A stretch of DNA of 63,997 bases, the filler included, from Raillietiella orientalis (Eukaryota): the NCBI GenBank assembly GCA_036172245.1. It is 3 parts of 3 records of this genome, joined end to end, with 100 filler letters (N's around TTAATTAATTAA, not from the genome) between each part and the next. Parts side by side here need not be neighbours in the genome. Positions count along the whole stretch, not along the records: positions 1 to 28,045 come from JAYWIR010000210.1; 2 more parts are not named here. One strand, written 5' to 3'. A program made the position numbers and the translations under genes. Shown in pieces: positions 13,206-26,170 of the stretch (within the stretch, counting starts at the first letter, position 1; every line of letters begins with the position of its first letter). The notes below the pieces were generated by a model. That model saw only the letters and a list, made by a program, of their open reading frames with translations, searched no databases and had not been told where the DNA came from.

Positions 13206-16200
13206 AGAACACCTGGCGCACATGTGTTTCCACGCTACTAACCGAATAGAAAGTGTGAAGCAAAATTGAAAGGAGAGGAAAGGTAATGAGAGAATTAGAG
13301 AACCTTAAAATGGTGGCGTTTGAATGCGTGAGCAAAGTTCCCGGTGGGATAAGGAAGCAAGCTTTTCCTGGTGGAGCAGAAAGGGCAGCAAGCATGATCG
13401 CCCAAACGATTTGAACTCTTCCATGGCAGACCTCAAGATGAAGTGAGGTGGAGCGAGGGAATCCCAGAGTCCCCTCCCAAACGTCAACGGAAGGCGACGT
13501 ATTCCTCAAACCCATACTACCCTATCCTTGGCGTCTCTGGGCGCCGCCACCGAGTGCAGTCTTCCTGGGTGTAACATTATCTGAGTATTTGATAAGGCGC
13601 CGCACTCTTCAGCGTGAAAAGTCGGAGACGCAAAGCTGCTGACGATCGTCGCTCTCTCACGGCAGTTGTGCATCCTGCATCCTTTCAGCACGCAAGACAC
13701 TCTACCATTACGAAAAAGTCAGCAAAGCCATAAAAATATCAGGCACAACGAAACCCTCAGAACGTCCGCAGCAGCAGAAGTCCTTCAGCCGATCCGGGTC
13801 GATCTAGAATCCTGTTCTTTCTGCATCACTGATGGAAGCGTGTGTTGCATGGCGTGGTCCAATGCGTGATCACGTGACCGAATCGTGCCGCGTAACGGGA
13901 AGCACCCGAGGCTATCCAAAGTATGTACGGGCATCTCTACTTCATCAAGCGAGGTTTCAAGTTGAAGCGGTCTTGCAAATATTTCCTCCAGGCACAGCGG
14001 TAAGATTCGAACGGTCAGGCAGCTGACACTGGGAGCAAACAACCAACAGAAATGTGCGAGTTGCGATACTGCTCCAGATCTGCCTTCACTTGTCGTCAAG
14101 TTTCGTCTATGCTGTTGCTCAGGATCGTTTTCGCGAAAGCAGTTGAATTTCTTCCATGCAGCGACGTCTTCTTTTTTCCCTCGATGCTTTAGCGGAACGA
14201 GCAGTGAGCATGAGCTGAGAATAAGAAAGTATACGGAGCACTTTTTTTTCTTTAAGCACTGAAGAGCATCGCATAGAGCATCTGTCGTAGCTTATGTGCA
14301 AGTCGGGGCATTTTTTGGTCGCAGTGGATGAGGAAGAACTCCTGCACATCCGTGCCGGGATCAGAATAGTATAGGTAGCCGGAAACTTCGCCGCTGCGGC
14401 AAAATTCTAAACCAGGTGATGACGCTGCATCGTGTTTCCTTGAGGATGCTCAATACAGCGTCCCGGCAACGCTGATGCGCAAGCTTATTTCCTTTCGGTT
14501 ACATCCAGAACAAATGCGTATTGCTTGTGTACCGACTCTTTGCTGCACTACTCCCTTGTAAAAATTTCCATACTTCTGAGATCGCCTGTGGTCGTTTGAA
14601 GGCATCTTTGCCATGTGCCCTCGACACTGATCCTCAAAGAGAAGTTGGGCTCCAGAAAAACGAATCGATCCTGAGGAGCAGTTGGCACACGGATCCAATT
14701 AGATCGACGAAAAAGCGATTTTGAGCTAATTGCTCCAGTGCAATGTCCACTGAACTCATAATCATCCACTCGCAACGTCGAGTTAAAATCTGAGAAATGT
14801 TCATCCAGCTGTCGAGATTTGCCATCAATGCCGTGTTCGGGAACTTTTTCCTCTCCTTAGTGCGTTCTCGAACGACGAACTTCTATATTCTATTGCTTTT
14901 TTGTGCCAGATCTTTCCTCCCTGTTTTGATCTCGATCGCTTTAACTTCACTCTCGCAGGTTTCTCCGTGATTCTCTAGTTCCGAATTATTCCTTGAAAAA
15001 CGAGTGTGCCGTGATCCCGTTGCGAAGCACGCAACGTTTTTTCCTAGAAACTCGAAGGGTGCATACGGAACTGTCGTTCGCTTTTAAGCTAGATTTGGCA
15101 GTTTGTAAGAGATCTTCTGCTCCCTTGCCAACAACATGCTGCTTGCGCTCAAAAGCAGCAGCATGGAGATTGCAGTTGACAGCAAATATTCTGAGAACTG
15201 GTCCGTGAAATAAGTTTGGCGTATGTGGTTTCCCAACTGTCACGCGATGCAACTGGAGCATGCGGTTAAATCTACAATGTCACTGAATTCATGGAATACT
15301 CCTTCTGATACATTGATGCGTCCACTTCACAGCTTCTGCATTTTAACAGCGATCGAAGCACAAAAGCGTTATCTCGTAATTCCAGCAAAACCTGCTCGAA
15401 AGTTGACGTCCTTTCTGTAAGCTCCGAGCACTCCCACTCTCTAAATTGCTTGCCTTCCTGCGTGAGAAATTCCGCATTTTTGTGTTGCATAATAAACGAC
15501 GCAGCTAAAAAGAAGGCACCTTGGTATTGATTAATATTTTGCGTTCTTGCAGAAATTCTAGCTGGAGACGAGAATTCCGAAAAGCGAAATGGACTCCTAT
15601 GAGACGTTCGTTTTGGGAAGGTTGCGCTAGTCTGATAAAATGTCTTTGTTTTAAAAAAGCCTTACTCCTGCAGTGCTCAGCTGACAAGCAACATTGAAGC
15701 AACGCTTCACAAGGAACAGAAAAACAGCTACAATTTTCCATTGGTTTTTCTGTCCTTTCAACTTCCATTGTTCCTGTGGACATCTAGTTTTCAATATCAA
15801 GTTGCGAGGTCCTATATTCTACGTTGCGGAGTTCGCTAGCCTTGTATTATTTGATTTTCAGGTGTTTCTTGTACGTAGCTTCTGCGGAAACAGCAGATCT
15901 TGGAAGAATTGTTCGTTGGCTGCATGACTCTCTTTCCCTTTTTGCCGCGCGGATCGGGATGCGTGCCTTCACACGGCGTTTTGCCGATAATCGTTAACGC
16001 ATCTTTGTAGCGTAGATTCGTGGCGACTTCCCTCGTGTTATTTGTAGCTAACATTCCTGCAGTTGGGAATCCTTTAGGATTGCATCACCGATATTGCGAT
16101 GCGAGGCTTTCCAGAACTATGAGTCTTCGACCCATTTGACTCATTTCGTTCCAAGTGTTGACCATGGCTGGTATTGGTTGGCAATGTGCGTAATTCGGTA

Positions 16201-17398
16201 TAAATGCGGCAGAAGGTCCGCACTTCTGCTGAATGCACCGCTCAAGAAACCACTCGTCCTGTGTGAAGTAATGGGAGCCAGCAGCATGCTGTGGCGCATC
16301 TTGTTAACCATCGTAAGCAGCATTATGAGAGAGAACCATTGCATCGCTGGTCGGACCGCGTTTCCTCGTTTCGCGTGCGGCCTCTTGTATCCGGCGTCGC
16401 GCAGTCGACATTTATCTCGCTACTGAGAGAAATGGAACGCTTCTTTTGCCCTTTGTTAGTTTGCATGCAGCCTGTGGAAGCATATGGTCTGGTCCTCCTG
16501 GGTTCCGCGCCTTTCTATTCCGTGGATGACACCGTCCAAACGAATTTTCGTCTCCACTTCCGTTCTTTGCGCCGCAGAAAAGAATTTTTCCAATTTGTGC
16601 CGAGTTTCTTTATAGACTTCCGCTCCGTGCTGCGCTCTGAATAAGTGATTGCTGCTTTGCGATGCTGGACATTTACATTGCTTCTGTGCTGCAGTTACGT
16701 CTTTTCCGAAGTTCAGACATGGTCCACTTACTCTTTACCGAATCTGCCTTGGTGGGCTGTGTCCTTTTTCTGACCATCTGCGCATTTACGGCAGCAAACC
16801 TTGCTGGTTACTAAGGGCTTCTCGAGATGCCTAGAATAAATTTGGATGCGGAGTCGCTGATCCGGTGTAGGTGAGCTGCGACCTTCAGAGGGTCACGTGC
16901 GCGCTTGGAAGAAGTCCATCCATCGAACGCACTTGCGTGCGGATGCCGAGTCTGCCTACTTGGAAAGTAATGATTTTTTACTCCCTTCCCAAGTTTTCGC
17001 GCATCCTTTATCACATTGCTTTCCTTTGTTGTTTTGTTTTGAAATCCTGCCTTGCGTGTTGTTTTTCTCCGTCGTTGTTGGCTAATTTCGTCGTCATTTT
17101 CCGAATGTTTGCGCGTTTCTCATGTCCGACGTGGTTTCCAACGGAATGCCCATTGGATTTTACCACTTGTGTGGAAGGCGCTTATCCGGGAAGTCACGTG
17201 ATTCTTTGTGGATTCGTGTGGCTCGTAGAAGTTTCTCTTCACTAAGTTGCGTCCTCTACTCGCCGTTATATCAAGCATTGCGATTCTCCAGAATGCCCTC
17301 GCTTCACGTTCTGCAAACCGCTTGCTCATTTCTGCGCAAACCGCTTTTCGTTTTCATTTTCGGATGTTTCCTATTCAAAGAGTTTGTTTTTTGTAGGT
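13206..17398 (-). repeat. Right arm of the ~4.2-kb inverted duplication
   Basis: Reverse complement of 7488-11697 with many substitutions and few indels. The ends were placed by eye where homology fades. Confidence 0.92.
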
Positions 17399-19149
17399 TT
17401 CCATTGTTGTTCTATTCTGTAGTAGAGGTAGCGAATGTTTCTCTCTGTGTAACAACGTTACTTCGAATGAGGATAGAATTATAGAAGATCAGCTGTATTT
17501 TACAAGTCAGACAGGACCGTGCCTTCTTTATTTTGACAACACTGGAACTAATTGTGATGTATGGCTGAGTAATCGTAAACGTCCTTCACCTGGAGGCCGC
17601 TGCAGTTTGGACATTGAGGTGAGCAAATTCTATCTGAGCCGCGAATATTTTTTGATTTTAGGTGCAGGGACCTCGTGCTTCTGAGCAGATTAATTTCTTT
17701 CTTGATGGACCAGACCGTTCTTGTTCTGTAACTTCTTCTGGGAGAGTTGTAACGTATGTATTTTTGCGCATTCTTATTTTCGGTTTGGAACGTTTTGCTT
17801 CTAGCCGCATTGTAATAGAATACATAGATCCTGAAGACTTCTACTATTGTGCATAGCTTCTTCGAAATCATTTTCTAGAAATCGCCTCTGCTTTCTTGTG
17901 TTGATTATGCAAAATGTGTCAGCGGGAATATCTCGTCGATTTGTGTGCAGCTCGAGTATTAGAAATTTTTGTCAGAATTCGCACGGATTTCTGAAATTTT
18001 TCGGGGAGTTTGACTATGCAATTATATATTTCAAACTTCTCGTTGCTTCTACTTTCTAACATCGTCTGGCAGGACTGTAGTTAGCGGAAGCAAGTTGTCC
18101 TATCCTTTGAATGCTCTGCCGTATATGAAAGAATGGTTTTCGTATCCGAACACAATCCTTTGAATTTTTTTAGGCTACGTCAAGGCCGGAATGTGAATCC
18201 TGTACCTGGAAAACTGCAATGCACATGGAGGTCTGGAACTATCGTCACAGTAAAGTTGAAGGGCTTAACTGACTAGAAGTGTTATTATTATTAAATTCGA
18301 GTAAAATAAAGTCTTTGGATTTTGCTGTTTATTTTTCTTGGAAATTCGAGTTATTTTAAAAAAGAAACTCATTGCACAGGTAGCCTTTCTTCATAGGACC
18401 ACATTTGCCGATCTAGTAATAAAAGCACAATTAAATGGACTTTTAGTATTCTCATTTACATTCTCGATTCCGCATCATGCACAACATTGATATCTTCCAA
18501 AAGTATAGATGCTACATTTCCTGTTCTTTGTGCATTTGTAAATGGGTTTAATTTTCTGATGTTCCAGAATTTTATCTTTTAGAAGTTTGATTTTCTTATT
18601 ATTTGCTTACAATCAAAACAACTAGTTGTGTGCATTTTGCGATGAATAGTTGACTGGTTTGTTTAAGAATGTTACTATAATGTCAAACATTGAAACTCTA
18701 AATTAAACTATCTATTCAAAGATCTACTTGAATTCTTAATTAGATCATTATTTGCCATATTGCCGAACACTCAACTAAAAATTCTTTTATTGCCATTATC
18801 CATCTCTTTTATATAGTTTTGTTTACTACAACATTAATTGGCATCATCCGCCACCACTACCACCGATTATTTCCATTCAACATGATCATAATAATTTCAA
18901 GCTTCTTTCCATTTGATCCTTCAACTTTTTATTCCGCACTTAATCTGCACTGTTATTCAGACCATGTTGATTTGAAGATACACCTATTCAATCTTCAAAT
19001 GAATTTCGAAACCCGCTTGCATGAACTTAAGTGCACAAATTATTCCTTACATTCAACAGTTTTATCATAGAATTCTCCATTTCTAGTCTCAACATACGCA
19101 ACATACACATATCCTTCTTTTTCCTACCTTACATATCACTTCCTTTAAG

Positions 19150-21191
19150 TGTAAAATGTGAAGACAGTCCTTCCGCAGCGAGTCGATACGCGGGAAAGAC
19201 AGCAAAGCCTCGCTCGACTCTCGAGAATCCTGCGAATTTGTCTGTATCTTGCGAAAAGAAGATAGAAAGGGCAAAGGTGACAAGAAAGCAACTGGCTTTG
19301 ATAGCCCAACGGGAATACGTCGAAAGGCCCTCGCATCGAGCCGAGGCAAATTAAAAGACGAAGGAGCCTTCTGGATTCTTGTGGGTAGAAGCGGAGAAGA
19401 AACAGAGAAAAACAAAAGATCCTTTCCATTTACCCAATTGAAAAGAAGGATGGGGTGAGGAGACATCCCCGTGCGTTAAGGAATTCGCAAGAAAAAGTTT
19501 CCACTGCGGTTGAGTGCGCGGCCGCTGCCGCCCGCCCCGAAAGGGCGAGGAGGATCGTCGACGGTGGCACCCACGCTGAATGCTGGAGCAGATTCGAGCT
19601 GCCAGCAAAAAAGCAGGTAGAAAAAACATCTATCGTGCACACGATATTTGGACTCCGAGTTGGAGTCCGATGGCAACTCAAAGATTCCTCAATCCCCTTG
19701 GCAACCATAGGCTGCGCGGAAACCCAAGGTTTCCAGGAGGAAGCCTGTTGCCGCGAACGGTTTCCGTTACTCCTCGAAGTCCAAGACAATGTTCTTTGAC
19801 TCCTGAGAGAGGGCCGCGCGCGGCATGCAGGAGAACGAGTGCGGCTGCGCTCCCCAGCACGCCGCGCTCCAGACTGATGCCTCGCCGGACGGGGCGGGGG
19901 AAGGGCCGCAATTTTCGCAGCAGTAATCAGTGGGCTCGTATCCTTTCGTCACGTGCTCATGATCTCTTAAAACGTCAACGGGCTGCAGGTTGATGATGAT
20001 ATGCGGCTGTTGGCTCACGTATTCCGCGAAGTTCCTTCTGGTCCTGCAGCTAAAGGTACACGTTTTCTCCGGGAAGCAAGCCGCCGATCTTGCCGATCTC
20101 TCAGGTAGGACACCCAATTAACGGCAAAGCTCTTAGAATACCTTCAGTATACCATTCGCTGTCCGGAAAAGAATGAAAGGGTAGGAAGAAAGCTACAACA
20201 GCCTGCGATTCTACAACCGCGCCCGCTGCAGCCTGCGGACCATCTTGCAGTGTCCCGCCCGGTGCACGCGTGCGGAGACCGCGCCCCTAGCTACGGCGAT
20301 GCCCTTCCTGAGGAGAGCGCTCTCCAGCATCCGCAAGACTAGGTGGCAAGTCTCCTGCCGCATCGCAGGCAAGCAGAAGTTGATGAGCGGCTGGTCCATG
20401 GGGAACTGACGGACGCTACTACCCTAGTGTGCTGCCGTGAGGACTTACGAGATGGGGCGAGCAGCTTGGAATCCAGCCGGATGATCTGAAGTGGCCCAAG
20501 GTATTAGTTGGTTCGAGGATCCTCTCCCTGAAGTGGCAGGAGTCGGCGCTTCTGTTGTTGCAATGAGGACTACCCTGCAAGGCACGCCGCCCATACTGGA
20601 CCAGGGGTCGAGTAGATCCAGCCTGCGTCAGGTGTTAGGAACGGGAAACCCTCCCCCTCCTCCTTGTTGTTTGTGCTGTTCTCCAACCCCTGTAGGAAAG
20701 TCTTCGTGCCTCCCTACGGATCCAGGAGGGCAGCCAGCCCAGAGAAGTATTTTGGCTTCTGTTCGAGCAGGATGCCCGGCGACCAGCCGCTGCCCTGGCT
20801 GCACTTTGCTGCGTCCTTGAGATTGTTACGTGCTGGAGAGTCGCAAGAAGTCCGAGCCACGACAGGGACGCCATCGAACTTGCAGTCCGCTACCTGCAGA
20901 TTGCGACCACATGGCCCCACCTGAGAACCATACGGACGGAACAAGAGGGCATCCTGCACAGGATGTACCCTCCTCCCAGTGGTCTGTGATCCCTCCCTAA
21001 CCCTCTAAAATCTATTTGTTTTTATGTATCATTTTTCTTTTTGTTTTTCCCCTCAACCTCTTCCGCTGCCGAGAAGAGTCGCGTCGGTCTGCGTACCGGC
21101 AACCCGGCAGGTCCTGTTGAGTTGGCCGTATCAGGGCCTCGTACCACGAATTATAGAGAATTTGTAATAAACGCCCTGGCGTGACCGGGTG
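19150..21191 (+). mobile_element. Internally deleted, decayed LINE (E6): ORF1 C-terminus, ORF1/ORF2 junction, ORF2 C-terminus and 3' terminal hairpin
   Basis: DEGAFWILV resembles ORF1 DEGWQLV. SQQ-TAA (19924) is followed by IS*NVNGL (endonuclease start). Later RWQVSCRIAGK, DDLKWPK and PACVRC. Ends AATAAACGCCCTGGCGTGACCGGGTG (21166-21191). The left boundary is approximate. Confidence 0.78.
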
Positions 21192-22505
21192 GCAACTAGC
21201 TACTTGGCGTCCGCATTCACTATTGTGATGGCGGCAGTTGTTCATGCTCTTCTGGTCTCCTCCCTTAGGGAGGAGGCGCACCTTTGCTGAACGAAACGAG
21301 GTGAAAACGTCTCCCGTCTCGCGAATCAGCAAGGCGACCTGATGTACCAGAGGAGTAAGCTCTGACGCGAAAGTTTAAAAGAACTTCGCAGGCAGGCCGT
21401 CCTCCCCTGGAGCTTTCCGCCCCTAGAGCTTTCCGATGGCCGAGTTGATCTCGCTCATAGTGTAAGGCTCGTCAATGTTCCTTTTCTCCTCCTCCCCGAT
21501 CGCTGGAGCATCTTTCGGAAGCAAGAGTCGTGAAACGTTTCGCTCCGGTTGAGCCCTGGCGTACACGGAGGAGTAAAATTTTCGTACAATCTTGAGTTTC
21601 TAAGCAGGAGCTGAGTGCTCCCGGCCCTGATCGTCCACCAAGCTGCTGGACCCGTTTTGCCACACTTGCCTCTCGGCACCCGCTCGATACTCCGCTAACC
21701 TGCGCATGTCGAGGGTTCTCGCGTAACGTTGGGCCTGTAGATACGCTTGAAGGTTACGCCGTTTCCCACAAAATCCCGCAGGTAGGCGATGCAGAGGAAA
21801 ACAGTGACAGAACTTCTGGACCGACCGCTTGAAGCAGTCCCACTCCTGAAGCGCCTGCATCCTGAAGCTCCGTACTAACACTTGGAGATGTTCCGCCGCG
21901 TTCGCAAGCTTCAGCCAGTACTCTGGCAGACGCGACGGTGACGAAGGAGGGCCCTTGTCGCGAGGATGCAATTCGAACACAATTCGGCCATGGTCCGACA
22001 GCTCGGACGGTAACTTGCCGTGCCTGCCTACGCGAGAGCATAGGTGCTGGTAAAGGTACACGTGATCGATGTTCCGCTTCACGTCCGTATCTCTGGCCAG
22101 CAAGTTGCAGCTGTGCATTTGTGCGCACAACTCGTTGACGCGGTCGTTCAGTGTATCCGGCGCACCTGAAAGCAGGCGCAGGCTGAAGACACCTGCGATC
22201 AGGTGCGCTTCGCGAACACCTGTTTCGGTCAGCCAATCGCGTCCGAGGGCAAGGGAGAATTCTCTTCTTTCCTTCGCCCTCAACGCGTCGTCTCCGCTAG
22301 AAGCGTACAGGTTGGTGACGACCGGATCGATTGAGTCGGACCAGCTGAGAGTCAGCTGACCGACGCGACCGGCTTCAGCAAACCGTACCTCCTTTATTGC
22401 GGCCTCGATAGCTGGCCGGAGCAGGAAGGCGACACCGCTTGATTTTGCGGTGCCGCAGCGCCACAGCAGCCATCCACCCGAGATCCTTCGATCTGCCGGG
22501 CTGTA
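21192..22505 (-). mobile_element. LINE ORF2 fragment (E7): apurinic-like endonuclease, linker and start of RT; decayed
   Basis: SGVAFLL, TNLYA, NIDHVY and LSDH endonuclease motifs, followed by RRLAEYRAG, KAPGEDGLP and VRLLPKGGD. Several TAG/TAA stops. Confidence 0.88.
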
Positions 22506-22886
22506 CTGAAAAACACCCCTCCAAGCCAGGAACCGAGAAATATCCGAAGAACCTCCGTAGGAAAGGTACGTGAGCAAGAAGATCGCCACACGCCGAAGAA
22601 TTCCAGCTTAAACCCGCTGTCCATTCTTAAACCGGCAAACCCCAATCCAATATAGGGATCTCTGCGGAGGCTACGAATCCCGTAGCAAGCCGCGGCCCGC
22701 CGCGAAAAAGCACACTGCAAGCAGCCGCCCCACCACCGAATAGGCAAGTTTTCCTAAGTCCCACAAGGGGTGGGGTAAATTTATTTTTCAAAACTTTTTC
22801 TACAAAAACATCCACACTACAGTCTCATTCATTCCATTTCCACTGTTTTTACCACTCTGAAGTCCATGGGTTCCCAAGTTCTCCAC

Positions 22887-25800
22887 TCATGGTGGGTTTC
22901 CTGCTGTTTGGTCCCGGGCGTCGTCTTCTATCCTCTTCAGGATGAATCGGTACGTCCAGTCTTGGATTTTCCAACAGTTTCTAATGCCAATTTCCCTCTT
23001 TAGAAGCCCTTGTAGGATCTCCATAGGTGGAGCGGCTCTCCTGGCTTGCCTCATTTTCCACCAGCGCACAAGTATGGCGGAGATGAAGAAGGCAATGGTC
23101 GTTTTCACCATGGAATTGTAACAGGGAACATTACCATCCCCCTGAAACATCCCGGCGAGGATCTCCATTGCATATCTGTTCGTAAGTTTGATGATCCTTT
23201 TCAGGATTAGCCAGTCATGCAGCAATGTGGGACACGTCAAGACGTGAAGTCTCGTGTCAGTGTCGCCACATGCTGCGCAGTCTCGATCTTCCCGTCTTCA
23301 GGTAATGTAATGAAGTCTGGACCCGCTTTGGATTCCTGCGAGATAAAACATCAGGAGGTTGTCCTGCATGTCCGGCGGAAGATCACTCCTTTAGAGCGTA
23401 GTTCCGATCGCTAACAGGTTGATCCGGTCACTCCCGTAGCGATAGGCGTCTTCTTGGAGGACACCGATGTCACCGTCTTCTTCCCGAATTAATCTTCGGA
23501 GGTTTGTTTTGATTATTATGGACCAAGCGAAGTCGTTGTAATTATGTCACACCTCGCAAGTCATGCGGGTGAACCTTCCTAACATCATCTCTATATACCT
23601 GAGTATACGAGTGTGATGTAGGTACCCTTCTCGCCTCCACTCCTCGATTGGTAGTGGGGTGACTCTGGACCGCTGGTGGATCCAGCTTCTCGTGTGCGGC
23701 GGGACAGCAAGCATCCAAGGGATCACCAGAATGGACTCGTCCTGTCAGAGTTTCCTACTTCACGGCACGATCATGCTTTTGTGCTTACGCACCAGCCGTT
23801 GCTTCATCCTCCAGGTTAAGTCAATGGATGTCCACTCTTCTGCTCGGCCTAGCAGCGAAGTCATCAGACCTGTCGAGCTGTTCAACAACAACGCGTAAGC
23901 CCTGTGCGCCGAATGCGGCCAGTCATCCCAGTGAATGGCAATGTCCACGATGTGTCGCGTATTCATGATTTCTATGGAGTGTGCAAGTGACTTCATCCCG
24001 GAACCGCCTACTTCCCTGGTACGACACAAGGGTTTCATTCGAACTCTTGAGAGATAGTGGCCCCCTAGTGATTTTCTCTGGAACTTTTCGAACTCCCTCG
24101 TGGTGTCCTTGTTCATCCTTGCGAAGGCTTCCCCGAAGAGCACTTCTGGAAGGAGTACTCCGTTCCATATGGTAGCGTTTCTCTTTATTCCAAGGTCCGC
24201 TCGGGTGTACTTGGCTGCTTCCTGAACCGTTTTCCCTAGGATCTCGGTACACAATTGCTTCGACGCGGAGTCGCCGCCAATGTAGACACCCATTTACCTG
24301 GCCGTGTTCGCCGTTCGCAATCCTCTTCCCGCTAGAGCAGAATCATCGAGGATTCCAGCGGGCGAGAGCTGGGTTTTCTGGGCGTTGATCTTTTGAACCA
24401 GGCCTTGATCCATCAGGTCTACCACATCCAGAAGCGCTCGTTGATTTCTTACTCCCTTGATAAAGAAGAGTAGATCATCAGCGTGTGCAGATAGCTAAGA
24501 CGCTCGGAAACGATGGTTATGCCTTGCAGTCGTCCGCTTTTCTCGATAAAGGACGAAAACGCCTCCATGTAGATGACGAACAGCATCGGACTTAGCGAGT
24601 CGCCCTGCCGGACTCCCCGTTACATCCGGATTGCTGCCGTCTCCTGGCCGTTAAATTTGATTTGACAGTACTGGTTCCGAAGTACCACTCTCACGAAGTT
24701 GCTAAAGTGTTCCGGAAGGTCTAGCTTCTCCAGAACCTTTAGCAGCATCCCATGGTCGATGGAGTCGAAAGCCTTCTTCATGTAAGTGAACACCAGCGCC
24801 AGGTTCTAGCCGACGTTTTGGCTGAGTCCGACGGTGGCCTGGGCACACATGACATTGTCCGACATGTGACGTCCAGGAACTGCACAAGTTTGGACCGGAG
24901 AGATGAGGTTCGACCTGACCCTGCCAAAGCGCTTGGACCAGATCTTCGCCAACCACTTGTCATCGGAGTTCAGGATTGAGATTGGCCTCCATTGAGTGAT
25001 CTGGGTTAAGTCGCCTCCTTTGGGAAACAATCTCATCCTACTCTCGTAGAAGAACTCAGGTAGTCTGCCTTCTACACAGATGCAGAGGATCAACTGGTGG
25101 AACAAACGCAGGTAGGCATGCAGGTAGCGCTGATAGTGCGTTATGGGTACACTGTCAGGGCGCGTCGCCGCATCCTTTCCCAGTTTTCCAAAAGCAGTCT
25201 TCACCTCGTCTTCGGAGAATTCCTTCTCCAGTCTGTTCCGCTGAAGGTCGTCGGTCCTCTTCTCGAGGTAGCTCAGAAAGGCTTTTTGTCTAGAGCGACA
25301 GAGATGTTGTCGCCTGAGGTGTTTCGTGTAATGCCTGTGAAAGGCTTCCACGATATCCTCGGACGACTGTCACTCTTGACCGTCGTTCTGGATGCAGAAG
25401 ATATCTGTTGCCAGATTTCTCTTTTCCAGCACGCCGACTTGCCCTTTTATGTTGTTGAAGACGTACCGACTTTTGTACTGATGGAAGTACTTTGAGAGTG
25501 AGCCGTCTTAAATGTTCAGCACTCGGTACGCCTCCTGCTTCAAGCGCCTCTCCCCGAATTTCATATGTGCAAACAGGTGTATCCCATATTTTAGGCTGTC
25601 CCAGTCGGCGACTCTTCTGATTTTTTGTGGTCTTCAGAATCGTCTCCAGGACCTCCTGATGTCCAGGATGTGTCTCGTACCAGGAGGGCATGCTGATGAG
25701 CGCCGCGCTGGTGCCTTGCCTCCGCCAAGGATTCTCCGTTCGTAGGGAAAACCGCACCAACGGGTGTTTGGACAGAGTGCTTAGTGTGTCTCAAAAACTC

Positions 25801-26157
25801 TCAATGCGATTCCCTAGTTCGGTGCTGTGGAGTAGGTGATCTGTCGACTTGTGACTTGCTGTTAGCCACACCAGTTTGAACTCGTCGGATAGCTGCCGAC
25901 ACGCCGTTCTTTTTCTAACGTCCTGGGAATGAGTGATCTCATCCAATATGTTGAGATTGCCAGCAACAATCACGACGTCCTTGAAGGCGACCTTTTCACG
26001 GAGTGCTACATGCAGCGCCAACGCACAAGGATGTTTCAGCCAGTGCGGCCCGTACACGTTTACGCACAATCCTTTTTCTTTTTCCCTGTTCGACCACACC
26101 GTTTACATTCCAGGAGGCGATGACCAGCCTCCTGGTGGTCGATAGGGAAGAGGCCAT
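22887..26157 (-). pseudogene. E8 ORF2 (endonuclease, reverse transcriptase, zinc finger)
   Basis: Starts MASSLSTTRRLVIASWNVNG at 26157. Has an internal endonuclease deletion, frameshifts, stops and mutated catalytic motifs (GNLN, LSKH, HADD). 24293-22887 is one frame containing four internal TGA and one TAA. Confidence 0.85.
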
Positions 26158-26170
26158 AAAAGGAGAAGAC

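Noticed and set aside
17400..19140. AT-rich interval as a gene or origin
   Set aside because: Only short low-complexity ORFs, with no repeat, RNA gene or motif I can support.
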